Assembly: GCA_043228905.1 (NCBI GenBank)
Contig: JBHGNT010000067.1
Location: 62,001 to 126,000 of the forward strand
Length of the DNA stretch: 64,000 nucleotides
Source of the DNA: Azolla caroliniana
Taxonomy: Eukaryota; Plantae; Polypodiophyta
Direction: 5' to 3'
The position numbers and the translations under genes are program-made. This document shows, one piece after another, positions 41,801 through 52,883 of the stretch. The notes below the pieces were generated by a model. The model did no database searches, had not been told where the DNA came from, and worked only from the letters and a program-made list of their open reading frames with translations. Positions within the stretch are counted from its first letter, which is position 1. Every line of letters begins with the position of its first letter.

Positions 41801-42899
41801 ATCATTGCGTATAGAAATACATGGTAATAAATCGTCATGATTTCTGCCTTTCATAGTTGGAGTTTGGATTGTCTTTAATCACCATTATTATATTTAACAT
41901 TTGCTTTTTATCAAGGAAAAACCAAACTGTGCATAATATATGTAGTAGAATTTGGATAACATGTATGTGCCCTTACTTTTGAAACTTCTGATAGACAAGC
42001 TTCTAATCACAACTTAGCTTTTAATCCTAAGCGAAATTAGCTAATTGGTCATATGTCAGGACACTTTGCCCACTTTTTGAGGAGAAGCGTAATTTAACGA
42101 AATTAGCTTAATGATGTATATCGATGTGCTTAACCTTATAATTTTAAGGGAGTAACAACCTTTGTCTCCCTTATGTTTGTACATCTAATTATGTGAAATG
42201 TATTCGTACCATTACTATTGTTGTTGTTGCTACTACTACTATGTTTCAAATTCGTCCTGTTAGTCTTATTTAACTACTTAGGACGATAATACAATCTCAT
42301 TCATTCAGTTTGTCTTCCTCATGTTTGCTTTCTTGACATGACAATGCTTTTGACTCAAAGATATTCATGAGAGGATAGTGACTATATGAAAATGTTCAAG
42401 CATGGTGGCATTGGCCAGAATTTTGACACTTTGAGGAAGATAATAAGATCTCCCTCTCTCGCTCTCTCGTGTGTTGGGTGTAAAGCATTACTCTAAGAAG
42501 TGGTGGTTGTTCTCGATGATTTCATCAGAACAAGAAGAAGCGAAGCGTTCCCAAGAATGCTACAACATTGGATAAAAAAGGGTGAGGTGGGGGGGGGGGG
42601 GGGGTTGTGTGGAATATGGAAAAGCTTAGGGGTATCGAGTGCAAATAAAGGAAAACCGAGAGGGTATTTCCTCGCTGGATAAATTAAAGACAAAAGAGAA
42701 CGCGGAAAAACAAAACAAGAGAAAACAGTCAAAAGCAAAAAGCAAAAAGCAAACAAAGAACAATGCATAAAGAAAAAAAAAAAGATGAAGCCCAAAAAAG
42801 TGTAATAATGGCGCGGGCGGGAAAGCAAAGGGACACGTCACCAGATTGGGCTTTTCCTTAAATTTGGGAGGATATAAAAATAAAATATGTATGCGAAAT

Positions 42900-43076
42900 A
42901 AAAGACATAAATAAACAAATAAACAAACAGATAAACAAATAAACAAACAAATAAATAAATAAACAAACAAATAAATAAACAAACAATTAAATATGTAAAT
43001 AAGTAAATCAATAAATAGCTAAATAAATAAGTAAATAGCGTGCAAGAGTTGTACTAATTAAAATATGCATGCGAAA

Positions 43077-43119
<43 letters not shown>
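42900..43119. repeat. (TAAA/CAAA)n low-complexity tract upstream of KCS
   Basis: Runs of AAAT/AAAC tetramers. Confidence 0.9.
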
Positions 43120-43696
43120 AGAGTTGTACTAATTAAATGCGGAGTTAGTGCAGGCAGTCACGTGAGATAGTAAAGGGAGGAGACGTTCTAGAGAGAGAGA
43201 GAGAGTGTATGTAGAGAGAGAATCTATAGATAGAGACCAATCATAAAACGGAAGAAAATGGGCCGACTTGTTTACGACAACGACTTGGCACCAATACATA
43301 CACATAACATACTAGCATCGCATTTATGTACGTACGTATGCATATATACATACATATACGTATATACGTACGTACACCATGAAACCGTAACACAATACAT
43401 AACATTATACGTAGAGCAAAAACCCTATTATACTATACTACTTACTATACATATGTATAGTACATATATTACACACTTCCTCATAATACCATATGCATGC
43501 ATATATATAATATCCATCCATCCATCCTGCATATACATAATACATATACGTCGCTGCTCGCTCAGAGGCCATCTCCATCTCCATCTCCATCTCCATGGTC
43601 ATACATACCTTCGATGTCTTTCTAGTCTAAGCTCTCGCTAACACACACAGATCCTCACATCTCTGTATCCACATAAACTCTCTGCATCTCTCTGCA

Positions 43697-43728
<32 letters not shown>

Positions 43729-43731
43729 GCC

Positions 43732-45156
43732 ATGGAGCTTACTCCCATCAGAACTAACCATGAGCTTCTTCCCCCTCCCCTCACATCCTCCTCCTACTCC
43801 TCCTTCCTCCTCTCCGTTTATTACGCCATTCTCCCTGCCATGCTTCTTTTCTTCTTCTTCTTCTTCTTCTTACGCAGACGGCATCACCGTGTCTTCATGC
43901 TCGACTTCACGTGCTTCAAGCCACAGCCGTCGGAGAAGCTGAGCGTGAGCCTGGCGGAGATAGAGCGGCGCCTGATCGCGACGGGCATGTTCAGCCAGGC
44001 GAGCCTGGAGTTCCAGCGAAAGGTCCTAGAGCGGTCAGGGCTGGGGGACGAGACCTTCGCGCCGCCGGCGCTGATCCGGAGCTACCCGAAGCCGGACATG
44101 ACAATGCGGGGCTCCAGACTGGAGGCGGAGATGGTGCTCTTCGGGGCCATCGACGACCTGCTGGAGAAGACTGGGGTGAAGGCGGAGGAGATCGACGTGC
44201 TGGTGGTGAACTGCGGGCTGTTCGCGCCCACGCCATCGCTGTGCGCGGTGGTGGTGAACAGGTACGGGATGAGGCCGGACATAAGGACGTTCAATCTGTC
44301 CGGGATGGGCTGCAGCGCGGGGGTGGTGGCCACGGACCTGGCGAGGCGGATCCTGAACGTGAGGGAAGGCGCCATGGCGATGGTGATCACTATGGAGAAC
44401 ATAACGCAGAGCGGGTATACGGGGAACGACAGGTCGAAGCTGCTGCCCAACTGCATCTTTCGGATGGGCGGGGCGGCGTGTCTTTTGAGAAGTGGACATC
44501 GGAGGCGGCCGGACAAGTCCAAGTCGAAAGCGGCGGCGAAGTATGAGCTGGTTCACACGGTGAGGACGCATATGGGCGCGGACGACGGGGCGTACCGGAG
44601 CGTGTACATGGAGGAAGACGAGGCCGGGCAGGTGGGCGTGACGCTGTCCAAGGAGCTCAAAGTGGTGGCGGCCACGCTGCTGCGCACGCACATGGTGACG
44701 CTGGGCCCAATGGTCCTGCCGGCGGCGGAGATTGTCCGCTTCGCCGTGGGCTTCGTGGCCAGCCGCCTTGGGATGTCCGGCAAGCTCCGCGTCCCGGACT
44801 TCACGACCGCGTTCCAGCACGTGTGCGTCCACGCCGGCGGGAAGGCGGTCCTGGACAAACTGCAGGAGAGCCTCCGGCTCGGGAAGTGGCACATGGAGCC
44901 GTCCCGCATGACCCTCTATCGGTTCGGCAACACTTCTTCCTCCTCCCCATGGTACGAGTTCGCGTACCTTGAAGCCCAGGGCCGCGTGTCCCGTGGTCAC
45001 CGCATCTGGCAGCTCTCCTTCGGCTCAGGCTTCAAGTGCAACAGCGCCGTCTGGAAGTCCCTCGTGTCCGTCCCCCCTAAAGACCCTCGTAACCCGTGGT
45101 CTGACTTCATCGACAAGTGCCCCATCGATGTCCCGTCCATTAGACCCTTGTCCTAG
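43732..45156 (+). CDS. KCS: 3-ketoacyl-CoA synthase (FAE1/CUT1 family, VLCFA elongase condensing enzyme), 474 aa, intronless
   Basis: Motifs LERSGLGDET, FNLSGMGCSAG (catalytic Cys), NCIFRMGGAA, HAGGKAVLD (His), RFGNTSSSS (Asn) and FGSGFKCNSAVW; N-terminal hydrophobic helix; GCCATGG start context. Confidence 0.97.
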   Translation: MELTPIRTNHELLPPPLTSSSYSSFLLSVYYAILPAMLLFFFFFFFLRRRHHRVFMLDFTCFKPQPSEKLSVSLAEIERRLIATGMFSQASLEFQRKVLERSGLGDETFAPPALIRSYPKPDMTMRGSRLEAEMVLFGAIDDLLEKTGVKAEEIDVLVVNCGLFAPTPSLCAVVVNRYGMRPDIRTFNLSGMGCSAGVVATDLARRILNVREGAMAMVITMENITQSGYTGNDRSKLLPNCIFRMGGAACLLRSGHRRRPDKSKSKAAAKYELVHTVRTHMGADDGAYRSVYMEEDEAGQVGVTLSKELKVVAATLLRTHMVTLGPMVLPAAEIVRFAVGFVASRLGMSGKLRVPDFTTAFQHVCVHAGGKAVLDKLQESLRLGKWHMEPSRMTLYRFGNTSSSSPWYEFAYLEAQGRVSRGHRIWQLSFGSGFKCNSAVWKSLVSVPPKDPRNPWSDFIDKCPIDVPSIRPLS

Positions 45157-45250
45157 TCTTATTACACTTCTATTACTACTACCTAGTCTACTAGTACTAG
45201 TAGTGTCCAAAACTCCCCCCTGCTGACCGGAGAGACCCATCCGATGCCCT

Positions 45251-45385
45251 TGTGCCTTAATTAAGTCTCACATCGCACCATCCAATGCGAATGCCCTTGT
45301 TGTGTGCCTTAACTAAGTCTCACATGGTACCATCCAATGCCGGACTTGTGTGCCTTAACTAAGTCTCACATGGCACCTCCATGCC
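45251..45385 (+). repeat. Three ~38-bp direct repeats in the KCS 3' region
   Basis: TGTGCCTTAA(T/C)TAAGTCTCACAT.G.ACC at 45251, 45303 and 45349. Confidence 0.88.
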
Positions 45386-48300
45386 TCCCCGTATGTTTAA
45401 TTTCCTAGTTTGAATCCCCCACCAATGCCCACGATATCGACATGTGCCTTGTCAATCAAGCACATTGAATGCTCCTCCTTCCTCCTCCCCTTCCCTCCGC
45501 AGCGAAAACTTTTTTTTTTATATTTATTACATTTTTACCACTATATTGTTATGTCTTTCGTGCCTCCCCTAGTTATTGTTATTAGGAGTTTGGAGACACT
45601 GCCCCCCTCTTCTCCTTCTGTTGAATGTGAATTGCGAATAAATGAATATGAATGGTGTGAGTTGAATTGTCCAGCTTTTTGCATGTGTACAAACACTTTT
45701 TGATGTGAAAGTACGATGACTTTCCTAGATTGTGCTGGTGCCTTGGTTTCCATCATTGTTGTAGATGCTATCCTCATTTGTTGATTGTGAATCGTAAATA
45801 ATTTAATGTTAATGGTGTGAATGGAATTGCTTTCAACTGCCCAGCCTTTTTGTATGTGTACCAAAACTTTCAGAAGTACGTTGTTTTGTCTATGAAGTCC
45901 TAGAATGTGTTTGTGCCTCGTGGTTTAAAACTATGCGGAATGTGTTATGGTGCTCCTAAGAGAGAAGTTAAAGGTAAAATAGTCATAAGGCCAAATTCCC
46001 CGTCGGACTACTTGAGAGGTGTCTTTGGCACCTTGCACTTTGTTACTGTTTCTGTTTCGTCGTTTGTCCACTCTATTTATTATAGCTTATTGATTAGTCA
46101 AATGTGAAATGTTGTGGAATTTTCTCGATGACACAAGAAATGGCCTCCCTTGAAGTGAGAACATCTCTGGATAAATGTTCAATGTCATAATTGACTGGAA
46201 AACCTTTGGCAAATCAAAGTCACCATTGATACCTTTTGTCAGAGTTTGATAAAAATAACTGTCTGGATAGGCTTGAGATTGATATAGAGAATCCTTGACA
46301 ATGAATACCCTTCCATAAATGTCCTTGTGCAAACCTGTTGAAAGTAAGGTAAGGAGTATGATTCGACAATACAACTACTGAGGTAATTGAGCAAGGGGCC
46401 AAAATAGATCATAAATTGAACAAAAAGGGCACATGCTGTTGCCCTGGACAACGGTTTGACTAAACATCATATGGACACATCATGAAACTCACAAACGTTT
46501 TTGCTGATCTTTTAAATTTCTCATTAGCTACATTTTCTGATTGTGTATAGTGAAATCTTTGTGGTGTTTGCTTGTGTGAAAGGGTATTTTATTTTGGTCT
46601 CTTCATTTACGGAATTTGAATCCTCTATTGTTACGATGGCGTAAGAGACAATGATTCAAGAATCCATTTGTAGTAAAACTTGATGGAGTATATCTATATG
46701 ATGTTATCGATGATCTATAAACATTGGTTCTAAGTTAATCATAGCGGTGGGGTTCTTGTCTTCATTAACTTGTTTGTCAAACTTCTGCATATCCTTTCAC
46801 CTCTGGACATTACCCTAGTTTAGGAACAATTCTGCAATTAAATGATAAGTTATACATTTAGAAACTTGATATTTCGCTCAAAAAGCAATACATCTCAAGA
46901 GCTTCGGGTAGGTTTGTTCATGAAGTTCCAAATGTTTTGCAAATACTAAAGATGCCCTTGCAAAATATAGTAAACCTAAACCCAAACGACTTTTGACAAA
47001 TGGGAAGAGAATACGTAGGAACATGTGGCTACTCACTCTAAGGAACTTGACAAATTGACCCTTTTAAGTTTGGGTGAAGGGTGCTTTCTCTAAGGGGAGG
47101 TGTGAAGAGTCTATTACTAATCTATTTACCTTATTTTACTTATTTTGATCTATTGATTAGTAGTAGACTGTTAGGCCCCTTAAATAGATGTGCCTTTCTA
47201 AAAGACTCTCCATTCATTGGTTGTCAAGATCATGATAGTGCATGCACCTATCGCTCATTCTATCTAGTCACATTAGTCCCTTTCTAATATTCGTGATTAT
47301 ACCCTTCACTTATGTAAATATTAATGACCTACCCTCACCTACGTTATGTGTACATAATAGGCGGTCATAATAAGCAGGCCCAAATGTTTATTTACTAAAA
47401 CCATAGGCCTTCATGAAGATTGTAAGCTGTTGATAGAGACTCCTTTGAATGAAAAAACCCACAACACCCAAGGAATCCCTTTGTGCAACATCTCGATCTT
47501 CTAATTATCTTGTAGGTAGTGTGTGATGTTTCGATTTTCAAATTGGCAATCTGGTTAATGGTTGCCTAGCCTCCATCATCAGCCTTTGCTATTGCAATAT
47601 TCTCTCAATCATTGCTACCATCATATGTATCTCGCGATCATGATTCTCCATATCTTTGCCAATTGTTCATATCGAGTTCATCAAATTTATCTTGACGATT
47701 CACTACATACGGTTGCATGCATGTGTGGCTCTGTCAAGATTCTTAACCAAGAGAGAGATTAAGTAGTGTATGAGCAAGTGGAATAATAAGAATTAGAAAC
47801 AAGATAATAGAGTAAGTAATAGAAATTTGATGATAATAAATTATAATAAAAGACTTTGTTTAAAATTGATTGATTGTAGGATCTATAGTGAAGATTGAAT
47901 AGAAAAGATATTGATTACACTAGTTTGATTGTGTGATTGGTAGTAGAACTTGACTAGCAAAAGAATATTGGTCCCTTACTACCTACTTGTTTCCTCACCT
48001 CTTTTGCTTGAGTTTGCATAGGTTCCTTTCTCTCTAACTTTACCTTTTTTTAAATTTGGCTTGAGAAATCTATTGCAAGGAGGGAAATACTAGTAATCAT
48101 TTGGCATCTTAAAGTCGAGAAATATACATGTGTTTTGTTGTTATCCAATTTCTAATCCATGTGTGAATGTGTATTTATGATTTCACAATTTTACATTTTG
48201 ATGTGCTAATGTGCACGATTTCATGTACATTCACTTGTGATCTAAACCAAGCTTGTTTTAGATATAGTTCACACTATGTGCCAGAGGCAACACGACAATT

Positions 48301-49091
48301 ACAATGCTTCCAATTTGTCTTGGGGCGGGGTTCCAAAAATGGACGCATGACAATAATAGGTGGATGTGGATCGTTTTCTAAGAAATATAAATATTGCGAT
48401 TATAGGAAAGGGTCTAAAGTAACTATACTAGCATAACCTAACCCTCTTTAATAAATAGTGATATGAATATTAATCATATCATATAAATATGATGGTCAAT
48501 GTGTATATAGACTAGAAAGCAAATAAATAGAAAAGCTAGAATAAGTCACCCATGTCTCCATGATACAATCAAGGCATTTTAGCTTCTAAAAATATTAGAA
48601 ACACTCAAAGCAAAATCAATATTCACAACATAGGTTGCATGCTCCCACGAATGGGAGGCACTTTTTCCAGCTATCAAAGAAGCATCATTGGAATCAAAGA
48701 TAGATAGATTGCCATTCTATTGATGATTGATTGTTCATTCCATGTGAAGTATGTAAAAAAGACTAGAAAACACGAACGTATTGTGAACTTTGTCGATTAT
48801 CCACATAAGATACTTGTAAGTTCTAGAGTAACATTCGAGTAATACCCATAACTAGTAAAAAAATCCATGGGAGTAAAACATTGATTGGTTCAACAACTTA
48901 AAAAAGGGAGGTTCTTTGCTGGAGTTGGGGTACAAAGAAAAGTGATTTTACATTGTGAGTTCAATGAGGTTCACGAGTTCTTGGGTCGAAAAGTAGAGGA
49001 TTTATAATCACCGTCAAAACAGTTGGCACCATCTATATTGCCACCAAGACTCTGGTTATACAAGCAGTTTCATGAGGAAGCGCACGTTTTC

Positions 49092-49132
49092 CACGTGATC
49101 TAACAGACCCCAAGGAAAAAGCACCACGTGTC
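49092..49132 (+). promoter_or_regulatory. Paired G-box/ABRE motifs upstream of the SDR gene
   Basis: CACGTG at 49092-49097 and CACGTGTC at 49125-49132, ~400 bp before the ATG. Function is inferred only. Confidence 0.4.
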
Positions 49133-49392
49133 CCTGGGTGTCCGATGGAAAAGATTTGAAGTTACCGATTGATTGCAAGTGGACCAAAATCCAATGTCAT
49201 GCCGGAATGAATGTCCGACCAGACCGGCCTTCGGGTTTTTTTGGCCGCCTTTCGGCCAACGAAGAAAAAGCACACATCAAGTCTCTTTGGAGAGAGAGAG
49301 AGAGAAGAAGAAGAAGAAGAAGACACACTTCATATTCTTCTTCTTCTTTTCAATTTTCTTCAAAAGGTTCATCTAAAATTGTACAGAAACAG

Positions 49393-49395
<3 letters not shown>

Positions 49396-49474
<79 letters not shown>
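49396..49474. repeat. (CA)n microsatellite in the probable 5' UTR of the SDR gene
   Basis: Uninterrupted AC run ending ~58 bp before the ATG at 49532. Confidence 0.95.
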
Positions 49475-49478
<4 letters not shown>

Positions 49479-49531
49479 CAGAGCCAGAGACAGAGACACA
49501 CAGAAACAGAGCCATACAGACTCTCACGCAC

Positions 49532-52500
49532 ATGGCCCCTCCTCCTCCTCCCTCTGATGCCCCCCTCCCCCATCGCCTCCATGGAAAAGTCGCCATCGTC
49601 ACAGCTTCCACTCAAGGTATCGGATTCGCCATAGCTCGTCGCCTCGCCCTGGAAGGAGCCTCTGTCGTGATCTCCTCTCGCAAACAGGTTATATATTAAA
49701 AAACAAAGTTGACAAATTTAACGACCCTGCTTCCTTCGTGATTACTACTATTATTGTTATTATTATTTATTGGTTCCTTCGTATATGGTTTTAGGAAGGG
49801 TTTTACAGCTCACTTTTGTTACTCTTGGGTTTTGATCTTCTTTTCGTGTGCTTCAGAAAAATGTGGATGAGGCTTTGAATTTGCTTAAAGAATCGGGTAT
49901 ATCTGCTATAGGAGTGGCTTGCCATGTCTCTAATGCTGCGCAGAGGAAAAATCTCTTCAAGACCACTATAGATGTAAGAACTTGTGACTTTCTCCCATTA
50001 AGGTCCTCATCAAGACCACTAAAGATGCAAGAAAATGTATATGTTGAATGCTTTTATCCATCAATAAGGGCATTATAGATGTGAGAATATGTACACTTAT
50101 ATTCAACATTAGTACTTCATGTGTAAGTTTATGTATCTATCGTGTATGTTTTGTATTAACAATCTCATCAAGATTGCTAAAGATGTAACTATTCATATAT
50201 GTTGTGTTTGTTTGAGCTAATGCATCCAGTCAAGAGCTCTATTGTTCTAGGCAATTGAATGTTTTTTTGTATTAAAAAACATCTTAGTGGAAGGGACCTA
50301 TTAAACCACGTAACATTATGTTAGCATGAACTCTGAAGTCATAGTCTTGTTGTCTCTTGCAACCATGTTTCATGAATTCTGATGAGCCATGTCGGATTAT
50401 GTCTTGGTTGCATTAAGGAAGGAAGTTTTGACCTAAATGCTTTCTTTGATTTGAATTTATGGAAGAAAATTGGGAAAGATACTTCTAATACATATATGTG
50501 GCTTCATTCTACTTTCCAAGAAGAATCATCTTTTTTAATGATAATCACTCTTTTAAAACTCTCAATACCCGGAAGAAATTGAACATCTAATAATAAATTC
50601 TAGAGAATTTGTTCTTAATATTACTAAACTGTAGGTATTTTTTAATGGGTTAATGTTGTGCTAATTTTAATACGTCTCAATTACATCTAGCAAAGCCCAG
50701 AAGGGCAATGCATTAAAATGCAAAGTAGATAGTGCCAGGTATTAGCATAGAAAAAATGTTTCCTCATAAAGAGCAGGTGCATGTTCCTAGATTTGTGAGA
50801 GCAAATTTAATGATTATTTGCAATACTGCAAAGATAAGTATGTATAGAAAGGATTGAAGATTCATGGCAATGAAAGGTAAAGGATGTATTATCTTTTAAG
50901 ATTTCTTTGTTGGGTTTACATTTTATTGAGTCAATTGGCTGAGTCTACATCAGGTTTTTGACAATTTCAATCTGTTTAGCAGGGCTTTGGCACTGATCAT
51001 GAAGTCTGATATGAGTACTGCCATGATTTAATTTGCCTTACATGCACTCTTAATGAGGAACTTGATACACTGTGAGATGTAAATTATTTTTCGGACATAA
51101 GTTCTCTTTTTGTTTTTATTGTAGAGTTTATAATGTGTTGGTTGTTAGATATGTGTGTCATTTACATTTTTGTGCTGTGCAATACAATGTTTTGGTGGTG
51201 CTTGTATTTACTTATTTTTAATTGTAATTCTCCTTCCCAAAATTAGTGCTATTGTGCTTTGGGATTTGTACCTTATAGAGATTTGGGGGTTGTGACAGAA
51301 ATTCGGACGTCTAGATATTCTTGTTTCTAATGCAGCTGCAAATCCTTCTGGTAACTCAATCCTAGACCTCTCTGAATCTGTATTAGACAAATTATGGGAA
51401 GTGAATGTTAAGGCTGGTGTTCTCCTTACTCAGGTATGCTCTGGCTTCTATCTCAAGTCAAATTCCATATTTGTTTTTAAAAAATTACTCAAAATAGTCT
51501 TGAACTAACCATTTCTGACATTTCAGGATGCGGCACCTTATCTTCAAGAAGGAGGCTCTGTGATTTTAATTTCTTCAATAACAGGGTTCAACCCCCGGGG
51601 GAATCTTTCCATGTATGCTGTCACAAAGACAGCTTTGTTTGGACTTACCAAGGTAAATTTAAAATATATGGTTCAGAATAGATTACATTATGGAATATGT
51701 TGATTTACAAATTAGATGAATGGGTTTGAATAGGATGCATTGTGGTGTTTAGATTGATATACTTCAAAATAGAGATGAATGCATAAGAATAGGATGCCTG
51801 GTGGGATTTTGGGATATGTATTTTGATGTCTAATTAAGTATTTAGGGATGAATAGTTGGTATTTGTCTTTAACTCTGTTTTTGACAAACACATATCTCCT
51901 ATGCTTAAACTCCCATATCTGGAGATAAATACAGTATGTCTGACAAAGATTTGTCGATGGAAAAACTGATAAATTCAAATGTATAGATATGCTTATTGAT
52001 CAGGAGAAAATGTGACTTTTTATTGGTATCTGATGCTTTATGCATTGTGAATTCACTTACCTCCTGAACAAATCTCTTCTACAATTTCTTAAATATAGTA
52101 TTCGGAAGATACTATATCTACATCTGTGGCGTACGTGAATGCCTATGTGTAATGGGTATGTAAGTCTATGTCTGTTTGTCTATGTCTCTGTTTATATCTA
52201 AATATTTCTCTCTCCAGATAAATATCGGCTACACTTAGAACTAGTTCTTTGACAATGGTTTAGTAATTTCTAGGCTCTTGCAGCGGAACTGGCACCTAAT
52301 GTTCGGGTTAATTGCGTAGCACCAGGCTTTGTACCTACACATCTCTCCAAAGCACTCATAGAAAATGAGGAATTGGTAAATAGTTTATGCAAATTTAGGT
52401 TAAACACTAAAATACCCCTTGTTGGATATCTACCTGAATACCCCTATGTTTTCAAGCATACTGTAATATCCTGATGAATGCCCCTAAGTTTTCAAAGGTA

Positions 52501-52883
52501 CTACAACAGTATCATGCCAGAGTAAATTTTGCATGAACAAAATGTTGTGCTGGTGAAAATTTTATAAACTTATGGGTATTCTAATGATACTTTAGAACTT
52601 ACGGGTATCTGTTGTGAATATCCAACAAAGTTAGTGGTATTTTGGTCTTTTCTTGTCTTTTTAACTTGATGTGGAACAAACAACCAATATCTGTATATTG
52701 TTATAAATATCAGTTTATATTTTATATACACAGTCAGCCGAAGTAAAGGCGCAAACATTGCTGGATAGATTTGGATCAGTAAATGATATGGCGGCTGCAG
52801 TTGCCTTCTTGGTTTCCAATGATGCTTCTTATATAACTGGAGAAGTGCTTCCAGTAAGTGGGGGCATGCAGTCTAGACTGTGA
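49532..52883 (+). CDS. IBR1: Peroxisomal short-chain dehydrogenase/reductase (IBR1/SDRa, DHRS4-like), 261 aa, 6 exons
   Basis: Exons 49532-49687, 49857-49973, 51299-51433, 51527-51652, 52274-52375 and 52734-52883, all GT-AG and phase 0. TASTQGIG cofactor motif, LVSNAA, catalytic [14 protein letters not shown], and C-terminal PTS1 SRL*. Confidence 0.95.

Noticed and set aside
42493-43641. ORFs of 110-127 aa upstream of KCS
   Set aside because: Translations of TAAA, TA/CA and poly-G simple repeats in the promoter region.
44035-45000. 321-aa antisense ORF and other overlapping ORFs in the KCS gene
   Set aside because: Expected by-product of very high GC3 in the sense CDS; no recognisable motifs.
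46087-47450. Possible Gypsy integrase remnant (-) and a PPT-plus-LTR start (AAGGGGAGG|TGTGAAG at 47101)
   Set aside because: Similarity is too decayed to call by eye; needs a profile search against TE protein libraries.
49138-49615. ORFs with poly-HT or poly-CV tracts
   Set aside because: Translations of the (CA)n microsatellite from non-ATG or out-of-context starts; the SDR start is the ATG at 49532.
43732-52883. KCS plus SDR as a lipid biosynthetic gene cluster
   Set aside because: KCS acts in ER fatty-acid elongation, whereas this SDR has a PTS1 and is IBR1-type rather than the KCR elongase reductase; adjacency of two genes is not evidence of a cluster.
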